DNA of 62,879 nucleotides, filler included, from Octopus bimaculoides (taxonomy: Eukaryota): the NCBI RefSeq assembly GCF_001194135.2. It is 9 parts of 8 records of this genome, joined end to end, with 100 filler letters (N's around TTAATTAATTAA, not from the genome) between each part and the next. Parts side by side here need not be neighbours in the genome. Positions count along the whole stretch, not along the records: positions 48,751 to 62,879 come from NC_069009.1; 8 more parts are not named here. The stretch is one strand, 5' to 3'. The translations under genes and the position numbers were made by a program. The notes under the pieces were generated by a model. That model ran no database searches. It had not been told where the DNA came from and saw only the letters and a program-made list of their open reading frames with translations. Shown one piece after another: positions 50,665 to 62,300 of this stretch (the first letter of the stretch is position 1; each line of letters begins with the position of its first letter).

Positions 50665-51009
50665 AAATGGTGACCCTGGACTTCTGTTGCACTACAGAAA
50701 CCGGAAGCCTCTCAGAATAATGTGACTTATTATTAACACAACACTCAGACCATATCAAGATCTAGGAGAAATAACCAAATTATCACCATTCACCTGTCTT
50801 CAAAAATAAATTACTTGGCCACATTAATGGAATGCTTTGTAGTGTCACCAAGATCTGTTTGGAAGGCATGATTAACACATTATTCTATCAAAAGTAATGC
50901 CTATTCATTCACGTTGTTTTGAATTAATCATGCATTATCTTGTAGCTAAGAGATTTAGGTGAGGTAACCATTAATTTTTAGAATGATATTGTAGGGTTGG
51001 TGTGAGAGG

Positions 51010-51358
51010 CAGTGGAGGCGCAATGGCCCAGTGGTTAGGGCAGCGGACTCGCGGTCATAGGATCAAAGTTTCGATTCCCAGACCGGGCTTTGTGAGTGTT
51101 TATTGAGCGAAAACACCTAAAACTCCACGAGGCTCCGGCAGGGGATGGTGGCGAACCCTGCTGTGCTCTTTCACCACAACTTTCTCTCACTCTTACTTCC
51201 TTGTCACACTATGTCACGCTGAATATCCCCGAGAACTACGTTAAGGGTACATGTGTCTGTGGAGTGCTCAGCCACTTGCACGTTAATTTCATGAGCAGGC
51301 TGTTCCGTTGATCGGATCAATTGGAACCCTCGACGTCGTAAGCGTCGGAGTGCCAACA
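51010..51358 (+). mobile_element. SINE family C, full length
   Basis: gtggaggcgcaatggcccagtggttagggcagcggactcgcggtc...cggagtgccaac. Confidence 0.9.
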
Positions 51359-52079
51359 CACACGGTGTGAGAGGCAAGACCTGGTCAGTTTGAACATAAA
51401 ACAGAGTGGATATTTTGGCTGGATATGGCTGGTTTAAATGCTAATGGGTTAATGGAAATAGAAATGAGAGGTTGACAAACTTAGAGATGGAAAGATAACA
51501 TTATACAGCAATCTGGATGAAATAATACTGGATTTTTTGAATAAATTCTTGCAAAATCAGGGAAGTCCATACCAGTGATCTGAGACTGACTTGATACCAA
51601 TCCCAAAGGCAGGAAACTTCAGCAATGGTGAACTTTGTTGCTGTGGCTCAAGTTGGAACCTAGCCATAATAATAGTAAGAGTACCAAGAGAGCGCAAACC
51701 TCTGCCAAGGCAACACCAAAATCCTCTCAACGATTAGCCAGAGATGATTTTTAAAATGAGAATATCTGAAATCATCTTGACTGCTCTCACAAATGAGAAT
51801 ACTAAAAATGAACCTGACCACTTTCAAAAATTAAGTAAAAAAAACATAAATATAATCCAAAATCCTTGTCCGATACCCGATTGATCCCAAAACCTAATCA
51901 GTTCATGCCAATCATGAGGCCAAACATCCCTGAAAGTTTCATCTGGATCAATCCAGTGGTTCTTGAGATATCTTGTTTACAGACAAACAAACACAAATGA
52001 AAACTGTACCTCTACCTTGGAGAGGGTGGAAGTAATAATTTTTATCCAGTCCATCTATAAATGGAAACACTATATCTAA

Positions 52080-52920
52080 CCACTGCAACTGCCCAGGTAT
52101 TCATTATGGCGACTAGATTTGTCCTATTCAGGTTGGATTTGGAATTTATTTTTTCCTTTTTAAATAAGCATATAAAATATCATCCAATTTTAAACTCCTC
52201 AAATACTGGTATCCATTATTTTCTGGTTTCTCCTGATGGTAGCCATAATCCACTACAAGTAGCTTTCTTCCCTCTTCTAATATTGAGCACTGATCATTTG
52301 GAAATCCCAAATTCCATACTGATGTTGTTGCTATGTATCTGGTGTGCTTTAACCAAAAAATCTATCTGGTTTTCAAACTTCCAAAACAGTTTCAGGTCAT
52401 CTATAAAAAGATGGTGTATGAATGGTCCTTCAATCCATTTGGTAACCCAGACAGATAGTAATGGTGAAAATGAACCATCTTGGAAGATGACATACTATTC
52501 AGAAGAAAATCTGTAATGCTGTCAGCAATACCAAATGCGCAAATATTCAATTATCCAAGAATTAAGCACCATATCATATGCCTTCTTAACCCTTTAAGGT
52601 CAGGTGTGGCTTATTGACACACAGCTAAATTGTGAAGAAGACCGGTGGGGTATATAAGCCAGATTTGCATTATAAGCTTTTTGATTATCATCTTGTATTG
52701 TTTTCTTTTATTTGTGTCCCACATGGAAAGACTTGCTATCTATACTTGGCCTTAAAAGTGTTGAAGTCAATCGAGGCCATAGACGTGTTGGTATGATGTT
52801 GTTTTTTGTTTTTACAATGCCTCAAAATGTCTTATCAATAACCAGGGTGATTATTGGTAGCCTGAAACCTGTTCCTACATCCATTTTGTCCCCTTGGTGA
52901 TATTCCTTCCTGTAAAAAGA
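52080..52920 (-). mobile_element. R4/Dong-like LINE reverse transcriptase remnant
   Basis: LLIDK; KKAYDMVLNSWIIE; HHLFIDDLKLF; ISMEFGISK.SVLNIRRGK; SKSNLNRTNLVAI. Confidence 0.75.
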
Positions 52921-54502
52921 AAATGTAGGCCTTCCCCGGAAATATTTCAGTAAGTACTTCCTATGTTATGCTCAGAAATGCTTGAACAGTTAAGACAAAA
53001 ATTATTATTATTGAACATTGCACTTGTGATCACGAGATTGTGGTTTCAATTCTTAGACTAGGTGTTGCATTCTGATCACTTCAACAACTGCCATGCTACA
53101 GTACAAGCAATATCCAGACAAAAATGTATTTTGTGGCATATTAAGACACCGAAGTTCATTAAAAAAAACATTTTCCAATAATTCCAGGATGGGGGGGGGG
53201 GCGAAATTTCTGAGGGTTCCATCCCAACCCCTGTTTTCCGGACTTTTGTTGTATATTAGGATCTCACCGTAATTTATTCAACGGGAAAAAAAAATTCCAT
53301 CAAAACGAAGCTATACCCGAACTTTATTGGTATTGTATTGGAAGAAAGATCTGAAAGGGGAAGTTCGGCAAAATTAGAAACTTATGATTCCTCGTTATTT
53401 TCTCTCAACCCGTTTGAAATTATTACATTGTATGTATTGCATCATTTAGTCATGTACTCGTTTTTCAAAGAATTTGACCGGATTGTAATTGACGTTGCTA
53501 ATAAAATATCTAGATAATTTTTGGTGTTTAATAATCAACATTCTTTTCTCTGTTGGATTCCAGGTCACTTTTCCCACTACACTAATTTGCTAAGTTGGCA
53601 TTTTCGAAAAATGTCTAAAACTGGCTAAAATGAGGAATGTCTCATTTCAATAATTTCTTTTTAACTACAAAAGTTTTGCTTTGCTTGTTTGTATTGAAAT
53701 GTATTGTAAGAAACAGCTAAATTGCTTTCTCTAACGTTTTACATAGTCCAACCTAGACAAGTTAATAGGAATTCTGAAAGCTGACTCCAAAAAGATCGTC
53801 AAGAAGCAATAAAGAAATATGTTATGTTCAGTTATTCATATTTTTTTTCAGTCGAGTTTCATTAATTTCATTTTTCCCTTTAACATTTCATCTACATATT
53901 TCAATTTTTTTTCTTCTCTTTTTTTTTTGCATTGCTGGCCTTTTTGATGTCTTAGGATGGATATTGAAGTGTCTGAGTCTATTTTCTAGGGAAACGAAGC
54001 GGCAAATTTACCTTAATTCCATTTTCGATTTTGTTCTAACTAAATTTACGGTTTATATGCTCAAAGAAAACCGCGATGATTTTCTGAAATTGTGATTAGA
54101 TTATGTTACAATGCTTTTAATGCATTTAAGAAAGGCCTTTTGCTTACTTGATGTACTTTTGGAAAGGTAGTGAACGTTTGAAAAATATATATTCTGTCTC
54201 AAAGTCAAAAATGCAGTAGAAACACCTAATTTTCCCTCACCCCGCTTCGGTTTTTCTGTTTTTACATAGTTCAACCGACACAAGTTAAATGTGTGAATAA
54301 CAAAGTAGAAATTTTGAAAGGGGGATCTGTAAAACTAGCTTTTAAACGTCGAATGATTATGGGGGTCCACCGGAATATAATAGTAATCAAAAGGAGTCTA
54401 AAGATTTTTTTTTAAATGGTCTGAGAACCATTGAGATACGAGGAAACATTGTTTGTGAATGACGTTGAGCACAAAATTATAGTCTTAGCTTCGTCGACTT
54501 AC

Positions 54503-54545
54503 CATTTTCAGGTGTAAACAAGTATGTGAATGTCCGATAAACAAC
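54503..54545 (-). other. Possible start-codon exon ending AAAATG|GTAAGT
   Basis: ATG at 54505-54503 in A-rich context immediately followed by a perfect donor; upstream limit uncertain. Confidence 0.3.
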
Positions 54546-54734
54546 TTTAATTAATTCTTTATTATTTTCCAATAGGTTAGAATTCAAAAGTTGTGTGTTT
54601 CAATTTACTACGATGTAGATTTCATTCCTGCTACGTCACGATGGCTGCCAACGTTTCTCTGCAAGAGAGAGCTACAACAAACGGAGTTGATTCCCCTGCT
54701 GCAATGTAACGAAAACCCGCTTTCGTGCCCAGCT

Positions 54735-54815
54735 AGCAAAATTATTAGCACACTAGGCAAAATATGCTAAGCGGCATTTCATCCATCATTATGTTCTAAG
54801 ATCAAATTACAGATA
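54735..54815 (+). mobile_element. SINE family A head (degenerate)
   Basis: ttagcacactaggcaaaatatgctaagcggcatttc...atgttctaagatcaaatt. Confidence 0.7.
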
Positions 54816-55972
54816 CCAAGTGAATTTCTTGGATGTTGACAAATCGCATCAGGTTATCCAGATCATATCTAGACAGGGTATTCGGATCTTTTCCCTTTGA
54901 ACGGCACATCGAGAAATTATTTTTTTGTAACTGAACACTTTCAAACTTCAGACGCTGGTAGAATGTGTCATATAAAACATCTTTTACTCTTAGTGGTGTT
55001 GAGAAAAGTTTATATTTTAAAAGTTATATCGTGTTAAAGTAGTCGTATTTCGGTAATTTCAACCAATCAATGTGCGCAAAGCAATGAGAGGATGGGGAGA
55101 GGACTTGGAAAATTCACAAGTTCTGAGTTTTTCCGTCATAACTTTTAGGAAAATGTTTTTTTTTGTTTCAATGAAATTTTATAAAAATACCTTTCAAACG
55201 GCATACATGACGATTATAAAGTAATTTGTGGGGAAAATCTTTTCCAAAGGGTGGGGAGAGGACTTCGGAAAATTCACAAGANNNNNNNNNNNNNNNNNNN
55301 NNNNNNNNNNNNNNNNNNNNNNNNNNNNNNNNNNNNNNNNNNNNNNNNNNNNNNNNNNNNNNNNNNNNNNNNNNNNNNNNNNNNNNNNNNNNNNNNNNNN
55401 NNNNNNNNNNNNNNNNNNNNNNNNNNNNNNNNNNNNNNNNNNNNNNNNNNNNNNNNNNNNNNNNNNNNNNNNNNNNNNNNNNNNNNNNNNNNNNNNNNNN
55501 NNNNNNNNNNNNNNNNNNNNNNNNNNNNNNNNNNNNNNNNNNNNNNNNNNNNNNNNNNNNNNNNNNNNNNNNNNNNNNNNNNNNNNNNNNNNNNNNNNNN
55601 NNNNNNNNNNNNNNNNNNNNNNNNNNNNNNNNNNNNNNNNNNNNNNNNNNNNNNNNNNNNNNNNNNNNNNNNNNNNNNNNNNNNNNNNNNNNNNNNNNNN
55701 NNNNNNNNNNNNNNNNNNNNNNNNNNNNNNNNNNNNNNNNNNNNNNNNNNNNNNNNNNNNNNNNNNNNNNNNNNNNNNNNNNNNNNNNNNNNNNNNNNNN
55801 NNNNNNNNNNNNNNNNNNNNNNNNNNNNNNNNNNNNNNNNNNNNNNNNNNNNNNNNNNNNNNNNNNNNNNNNNNNNNNNNNNNNNNNNNNNNNNNNNNNN
55901 NNNNNNNNNNNNNNNNNNNNNNNNNNNNNNNNNNNNNNNNNNNNNNNNNNNNNNNNNNNNNNNNNNNNNNNN

Positions 55973-56545
55973 ATAGTGCATGACCACACCAGCGCAAACG
56001 TCTCTCTTGCACGCCATGTTCTATGCTTCTTATGTCCAACATTTCTCTCAGGGTGCTTACACTCTGTTGTGTGTGCACACTGACATTACTCATCCAGTGG
56101 ATCATGCTAGCTTCATTTCTTTCGAGCCTATGCATGTCCTCCGCAGTCATGGCCCATGTTTCACTGCCGTGAAGCATGGCAGTTTGCACACATGCATCAT
56201 ACAATCTACCTTTCACTCTGAGCGAGAGGCCTTTTGTCACCAGTAGGGGTAGAAGCTTTCTAAACTTTGCTCAGGCTATTCTTATTCTAGTGGTAACACT
56301 CTCTGAGCATCCACCCCTACTACTAACTAGGTAGCAGAAGCTATCAACTACTTCTAGTTTCTCACCCTGGAGTGTGATGGAATCTGTTTTCTGAGCATCT
56401 GTGGTGTTTATTGCCCCTGTGCATCTGCCACACACGGAAGCTATCTTCTCAACTAATCTTCCTTTGATGTTGCTGCACCTCTTATGTGTCCATAGCTTAC
56501 ACTGGGTACATCTTATGGAGTTTCTATCTACACCTTTTCTACAGA
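55973..56545 (-). mobile_element. RTE LINE RT C-terminal region with Cys-rich insert
   Basis: CRKGVDRNSIRCTQCKLWTHKRCSNIKG...CGRC...EVVDSFCYL...KGLSLRVKGRLYDACVQTAMLHGSETWA...RLRWCGH. Confidence 0.92.
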
Positions 56546-57363
56546 TTGAGCATGCGCTTGTTTATATAAGAAACACACAGAAACTAAATCTTATATGTAT
56601 AATGTTGATGTGTGTATATGTTTACGTGTATGTTGTCACAGATCGTGTATGTGTGGTTGTGTGTGTTTTTACGTATCTATGTGATGAAAAATAGGTAAAA
56701 AATACTAAAAGGAAAGTACAATCTATGACTTTGTATGTATCNNNNNNNNNNNNNNNNNNNNNNNNNNNNNNNNNNNNNNNNNNNNNNNNNNNNNNNNNNN
56801 NNNNNNNNNNNNNNNNNNNNNNNNNNNNNNNNNNNNNNNNNNNNNNNNNNNNNNNNNNNNNNNNNNNNNNNNNNNNNNNNNNNNNNNNNNNNNNNNNNNN
56901 NNNNNNNNNNNNNNNNNNNNNNNNNNNNNNNNNNNNNNNNNNNNNNNNNNNNNNNNNNNNNNNNNNNNNNNNNNNNNNNNNNNNNNNNNNNNNNNNNNNN
57001 NNNNNNNNNNNNNNNNNNNNNNNNNNNNNNNNNNNNNNNNNNNNNNNNNNNNNNNNNNNNNNNNNNNNNNNNNNNNNNNNNNNNNNNNNNNNNNNNNNNN
57101 NNNNNNNNNNNNNNNNNNNNNNNNNNNNNNNNNNNNNNNNNNNNNNNNNNNNNNNNNNNNNNNNNNNNNNNNNNNNNNNNNNNNNNNNNNNNNNNNNNNN
57201 NNNNNNNNNNNNNNNNNNNNNNNNNNNNNNNNNNNNNNNNNNNNNNNNNNNNNNNNNNNNNNNNNNNNNNNNNNNNNNNNNNNNNNNNNNNNNNNNNNAT
57301 GTGGATTTCTATAAACTTTTAAAAAGGCTTCACACAGATACACATCTTCAGTTTTATTATATA

Positions 57364-57395
57364 CTAGCAGTATAACCCGACCTTGTCCGGGTGTG
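57364..57395 (-). mobile_element. Helitron-like 3' terminus (same family as 48759)
   Basis: Minus strand has hairpin acccggacaaggtcgggt, then tatactgCTAG-T; shares actagcagtata with 48758. Confidence 0.5.
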
Positions 57396-57976
57396 ATTTA
57401 TTACGCCATCTACGATAAGTCTTGCTAGGTGAAAATCAACTAAAAAAGAAAGCCTTACAATGAAAAAACCCTTATGATGTAAATATGTTCATAATTCAAA
57501 AGACGATGAAATTAATAGGGGAAGTCTGAAGGCTGTTTAGCGTAACATTATTAAGCGTACATAAATTTCATCCGTCTAATTGGCTACAGAAATGTTTGTG
57601 CAAAACAACTTTTTGTGCTGCCCTGATTATACATAGCAGGGTAATCCCTTTTAGTAGGACCTAGGACGGCAATTTGTGATGAAGCAATTGCTGTTGATCT
57701 GTTTCTACACAGTTTTGCCAGAATTCTATCAGGTTGGGTAGAAGATGTTGATGCACCATTTTGCATTATGTTCAAAGTAGCTTCTGGAATGTGGTGAATT
57801 GCTGCAGTCTGTTGCTGTCATTTTAAACCGGTTGCTTTCTTTCCCCAGCAAACTCTCTTCTTTGGAGGCATAATCTATGTATATATTAAACAGAACAACA
57901 AAAGTTATGATAGATGGCAGGGTCGGTACTTTTCACATTTCTGTAATTTTTCAGATAAACACCCGCACGATTACCC

Positions 57977-58102
57977 AACACTAACCCTAAAACCCTAAAC
58001 CTAACCCTAACACCAACCCTAAACCCCTAACCCTGACCCTAAAACCGTAACCCTAACCCTAAAACCCTAACCCTGACCCTAAACCCTAACCCTAACACCC
58101 TA
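57977..58102. repeat. Degenerate interstitial (CCCTAA)n telomere-like tract
   Basis: About 18 imperfect units (ccctaa, ccctga, ccctaaa). Confidence 0.85.
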
Positions 58103-58381
58103 GTGAAAATCGTGGTATATTTACAAAACATTGACGAACATGAGTTATATTTTAGTGAATGATTGTGTACTTGCACGTGTATGCATTTGAGAGAGGAAGA
58201 GGTATAGAGAGGGGGGGAAAGGAGCACGTGATTGATGAACGTCATTACAGGTAGAAGGGAAGAAATATAAAAGTTGCTAGAAACAACAGCCAAATCTCCC
58301 TTAAATCATACAAAGTAAACGGAATTTAAAAAATCTAATTACTGCACTGGAAAGTTCACATCGAGAAAATTCCATTGATGT

Positions 58382-59507
58382 TGTAATACTTCGACCGTGC
58401 GAAGCAAAGGAGATGGCGACGTAGACGGTAAAAGGCTCCTTTTTACCACGTCGCACGGTCGAACACAAAATAAAGATATATATAAGATAATAGGCTCGTC
58501 GTAAAAGATACGAACCATGGTGCCAGTAAAGGAACTTAGGACAAACACAACCGTTAGATATATAATGAGAATAAAATTTATTAAGAAAGTGAAACTGTTT
58601 GTCTGTGTGTGCGTGCGACATATAAAATTAACACAGTAGATAAGTCAGGCCTTCTGATACAAGAGAAGGTATACAACAATGTGAAGTGACAGACAGTAGT
58701 ATAAGCAAGTGTGTGTACAATATGTGAGTATACAAGTGTGTATGTGAATGAGAGAAAACACAGAACATAGTAAGAGTGTCTGTAACATAGACTGTAAAAG
58801 TCTTAAAACACTGAGATGGAGAAAAACCAGTTCGTATTAAAGTTACACAAGGAGATAGAATGTTCATACGCAGGAAGTTGTGGCCAAGGAGCAGAGCTGT
58901 AGTATCACAATATGTGTGTTGAGCGTCGAATGCTGCGACCTGTTACCTGATACAGAATATTCTCGCTGGTTAGTTCTGACTGTTGTTCGTGAGTGGAAAC
59001 TCCACTCATACAGTGAAGATAAAACCAAGCTTGTTGATGTTGGTGTGTCCTTGGTGGTGGGGTTGCTGGTGCATGACATTGTGGTAGACAGTACATTGGT
59101 GGTGTAGACGTTGGCGCTGGAACTGGCTGTAGCTGTGTTCTGTATATATGTGTTGGTCAACGACCAGACCTGTGAGAGATCTGAAATCGAAGACGATATG
59201 TGTGGTCAGCGACCAGACCTGTGAGAGATCTGAAATCGAAGACTGTTGTTCGTGAGTGGATCGGGCTTATTTACAGGCGAAAAAGGGCTCACCGGAAACC
59301 CAGTAAAACTCTCTATCACGTGACTTTATCCCTAGGCCACGATTGGACGTAATGCCCTCTTAGCAAGCAGAACAAGGGGACAATTGCTGCGCAAAAATAA
59401 GAACCAATCAGGATGTAGGACAGAAAGGGCCAAAGTAACCGAAGGCTAGATGTTAGCAGCTTCGTTATCATTTGTGATTGAATGCCCGAGAGAGAGGTTT
59501 CACTACA
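58382..59507 (-). mobile_element. Solo LTR family B (1126 bp) with 4-bp TSD
   Basis: TGTA...TACA termini; TSD ATGT at 58378-58381 and 59508-59511; U5 hairpin; CCAAT and E-box motifs in U3; orientation inferred from homology to 49765-50664. Confidence 0.85.
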
Positions 59508-60029
59508 ATGTAAAAATTTTTACGAAAAAGTGGAAAATGTGGATTTCTATAAACTTTNNNNNNNNNNNNNNNNNNNNNNNNNNNNNNNNNNNNNNNNNNN
59601 NNNNNNNNNNNNNNNNNNNNNNNNNNNNNNNNNNNNNNNNNNNNNNNNNNNNNNNNNNNNNNNNNNNNNNNNNNNNNNNNNNNNNNNNNNNNNNNNNNNN
59701 NNNNNNNNNNNNNNNNNNNNNNNNNNNNNNNNNNNNNNNNNNNNNNNNNNNNNNNNNNNNNNNNNNNNNNNNNNNNNNNNNNNNNNNNNNNNNNNNNNNN
59801 NNNNNNNNNNNNNNNNNNNNNNNNNNNNNNNNNNNNNNNNNNNNNNNNNNNNNNNNNNNNNNNNNNNNNNNNNNNNNNNNNNNNNNNNNNNNNNNNNNNN
59901 NNNNNNNNNNNNNNNNNNNNNNNNNNNNNNNNNGTGATTATTTAGATAAGAAAAAAGTGTTTCATAAAGTTCCTTTAACTGATTGCTGTATTTTTTAAAG
60001 AAACAACATTTATTCTTGGATGTAAACTG

Positions 60030-60260
60030 GATTTCAGTGGCCTCTTTCCATGTGGTTCAACAATGGTTCAAACCTTGCTGTGAACCATTCTGTGATCCAA
60101 GTATCATTTGTGAGTTTTGTGAGTTCTGGTGAATCTGAAATCACTGCAATCCTTGTTCTTAGTTATAACATAGTCCAGCATGTGCCAGCGACCAGATCAG
60201 GGGTGCTTCCAGATGCTTTTGCATTCATCTGCCTGCTGTCCCATTCATCTAGAGGTTATG
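60030..60260 (-). mobile_element. RTE endonuclease C-terminal fragment
   Basis: KHP.SGRWHMLDYVITKNKDCSDFRFTR...DHRMV. Confidence 0.7.
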
Positions 60261-60739
60261 TGCCTGTAGACGAAACCTCACTAGCCAGCAGAAGTCAAAT
60301 GCACTCAAGGAGAAGATTGTTGGTTGGTACCAGTTTCTTGGGAAATCAATTAAAAGCAGAAAGAAGAGAGTGGTGGATATAAACTGAGATATAAACTGAA
60401 TTTGCCAATTATTTCCAAGCTTGAAAATGTTTTCCTTTGAATGACAAATGCACCAAAAAAGGAAAAATTGAGCCATTAGAAGAAGTGAATGACTCAATGA
60501 GGATGACAAAACACTGTACTCCATCCAACTCCAAAACAAGGGCCAAGTGGGTTATTCGAGAAGCAAAACTGCAAGCAAGCACATGATCCATCCTTCCAAG
60601 AGAAGATGCTCTGATGCTGAAGCCTCCCATTCTTTATCAACTCAACAGCCCTGGATACTGACAGTGATTCTAAAGAAGAGATTGAAGAGTACTATAATGG
60701 TGAAGATGATAGAGTTGATCAAAGCATTTATTTATCCAC

Positions 60740-61800
60740 AAGAAAGCAGAAATCTGCAATTGGTATGAGATTTGTGACTGGAACAAACATCTCAACCAAC
60801 AAAGCTGTGAAAATCTGCAAACAATTGTCAGAGGAGGACATTGATATCCCAGCTCCTAATCAGCAAGGCATTTACAATGCACTGTTCAAGAAAGGTGGTG
60901 AAATGAAGAAACACTTGATTGATACGCTACGCAATCAGAAATGGAACCTGTAATTTTCATCAAGAATGAAACAAGTGAAATCAAGCAGGCTGCTCTGAAG
61001 CTGTGTGATGGCAAGGCTGAGACCATTGCTGAAGAATTGAAAAGTGTCTTGGATGAATTTCACTTGTGGGGTGCAATGTTAATGATTATAACTGATAGGA
61101 GTGTGAATACAGGATGAAAAGGTGGAGTAGTGGTTAGACTGCAGGGAATGTTCTTGAGCCAAAGGCTATGATAAGCCACAGTTTGTCAGCTGCTAACGCC
61201 ATGTCTTGGACAGTATCCTGCGCATTGTTATGGATGAGGTGCCAGCAATTCACTGAACATCGCAAAGAAGTCATGACAAGTTATGAAGAATTCTAAGGCT
61301 GCTTCCAGAATGGAACTCATCATTGAAGATGAAGCTGGTTGGAGAGATGATATGAAGTTTCTGTTCCACTCAACCTGTAACTTCAGGTTCTTCCATGAAA
61401 AGGGAGACATACCTTTCATCAAGTTCCACAAAAATTCCAAACATCAGTAATGCCGGATGGAATTCGCAAGCAATCTGAGCCCTTCTTGCATTTTACCTCA
61501 TGCCACATGTGAGGATTTGTAGATGTTCTGCCAGTGCATCTTATATGACTGGGTAGATCACTGGTTCAGTGACCAAGTGTATAGAGCTGAAGATTATGCA
61601 GAGCTATTGCAAGCCTTACTACCCTACAAGACTCCTTTGAAATGCTTGACAAATCATTGGAACGAAGAGCCCTCAAAACTAAACATCAGCAGAAGCAATC
61701 AAAGTTGAGAGCCAGCAATTAAGGTCATGCAAGAATTACATGCTTCATGCAAGAACAAAGCCAACCTGCCATTGCGTTTCATTCTCTCTATTAGAATTTC
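60740..61800 (+). mobile_element. Decayed DDE transposase with CxxH motif, hAT-like
   Basis: ALKLCDGKAETIAEELKSVLDEFHLW...IITD.SVNTG.KGGVV...FVSC.RHVLDSILRIVMDE...WRDDMKFL...SNAGWNS...AIKVMQEL; subgroup assignment uncertain. Confidence 0.65.
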
Positions 61801-62159
61801 CGCAACTTGACTATTGACTAATTTGACTTTATATGACTTCCCTTCTTTTTATTGTTCTGGAATGCAAGCTACAGTTCTTTTCACAGTTGTGAATTAAACG
61901 TTTTGGATCTTTTCCCCTTTTTGGTTTATTATTCTATCAGGGCTCTATTTTTTGGAAATCCACCCAAATGCAACCAAGTATGAAAATTTCAAAGTTAGTC
62001 ATGGGAGAACTTTTTTGATCAAATACAAAAAACAAAAAAAACATTGATTTTCATAGTCTTCGAGCAAAAACTCATCAAAATATGATACAGGACTATGGAG
62101 TTACAAAAAAGTCATATCCCTAGAGCATACAGCACAGTGAGATTCTGTGACCAGATTTT

Positions 62160-62300
62160 GGGTAGGTGTTCTGCTTGCTACGGGCAGGTCTTCTTGAGCA
62201 TGGCAGGGCACCAACCTTCCTGATCCATTGCCATCTCCTCTGTGAGGCTCAGCAACTTCAGGTCAGCTTTCACAACTTCAATTCATACTGCTTGGCAAAG
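62160..62300 (-). mobile_element. RTE ORF2 extreme C-terminus
   Basis: VVKADLKLLSLTEEMAMDQEGW..AMLKKTC. Confidence 0.7.

Noticed and set aside
54634-54708. Short plus-strand ORF MAANVSLQERATTNGVDSPAAM
   Set aside because: 22 codons ending in a stop with no convincing donor; not distinguishable from chance.
55090-55281. About 160-bp-spaced repeat of ggggagaggactt(c)ggaaaattcacaag
   Set aside because: Probably an internal tandem repeat of a common MITE, truncated by a gap; nothing further can be supported.
57299-59557. atgtggatttctataaacttt at 57299 and 59537
   Set aside because: Both copies abut gaps, so a collapsed repeat or local misassembly cannot be distinguished from biology.
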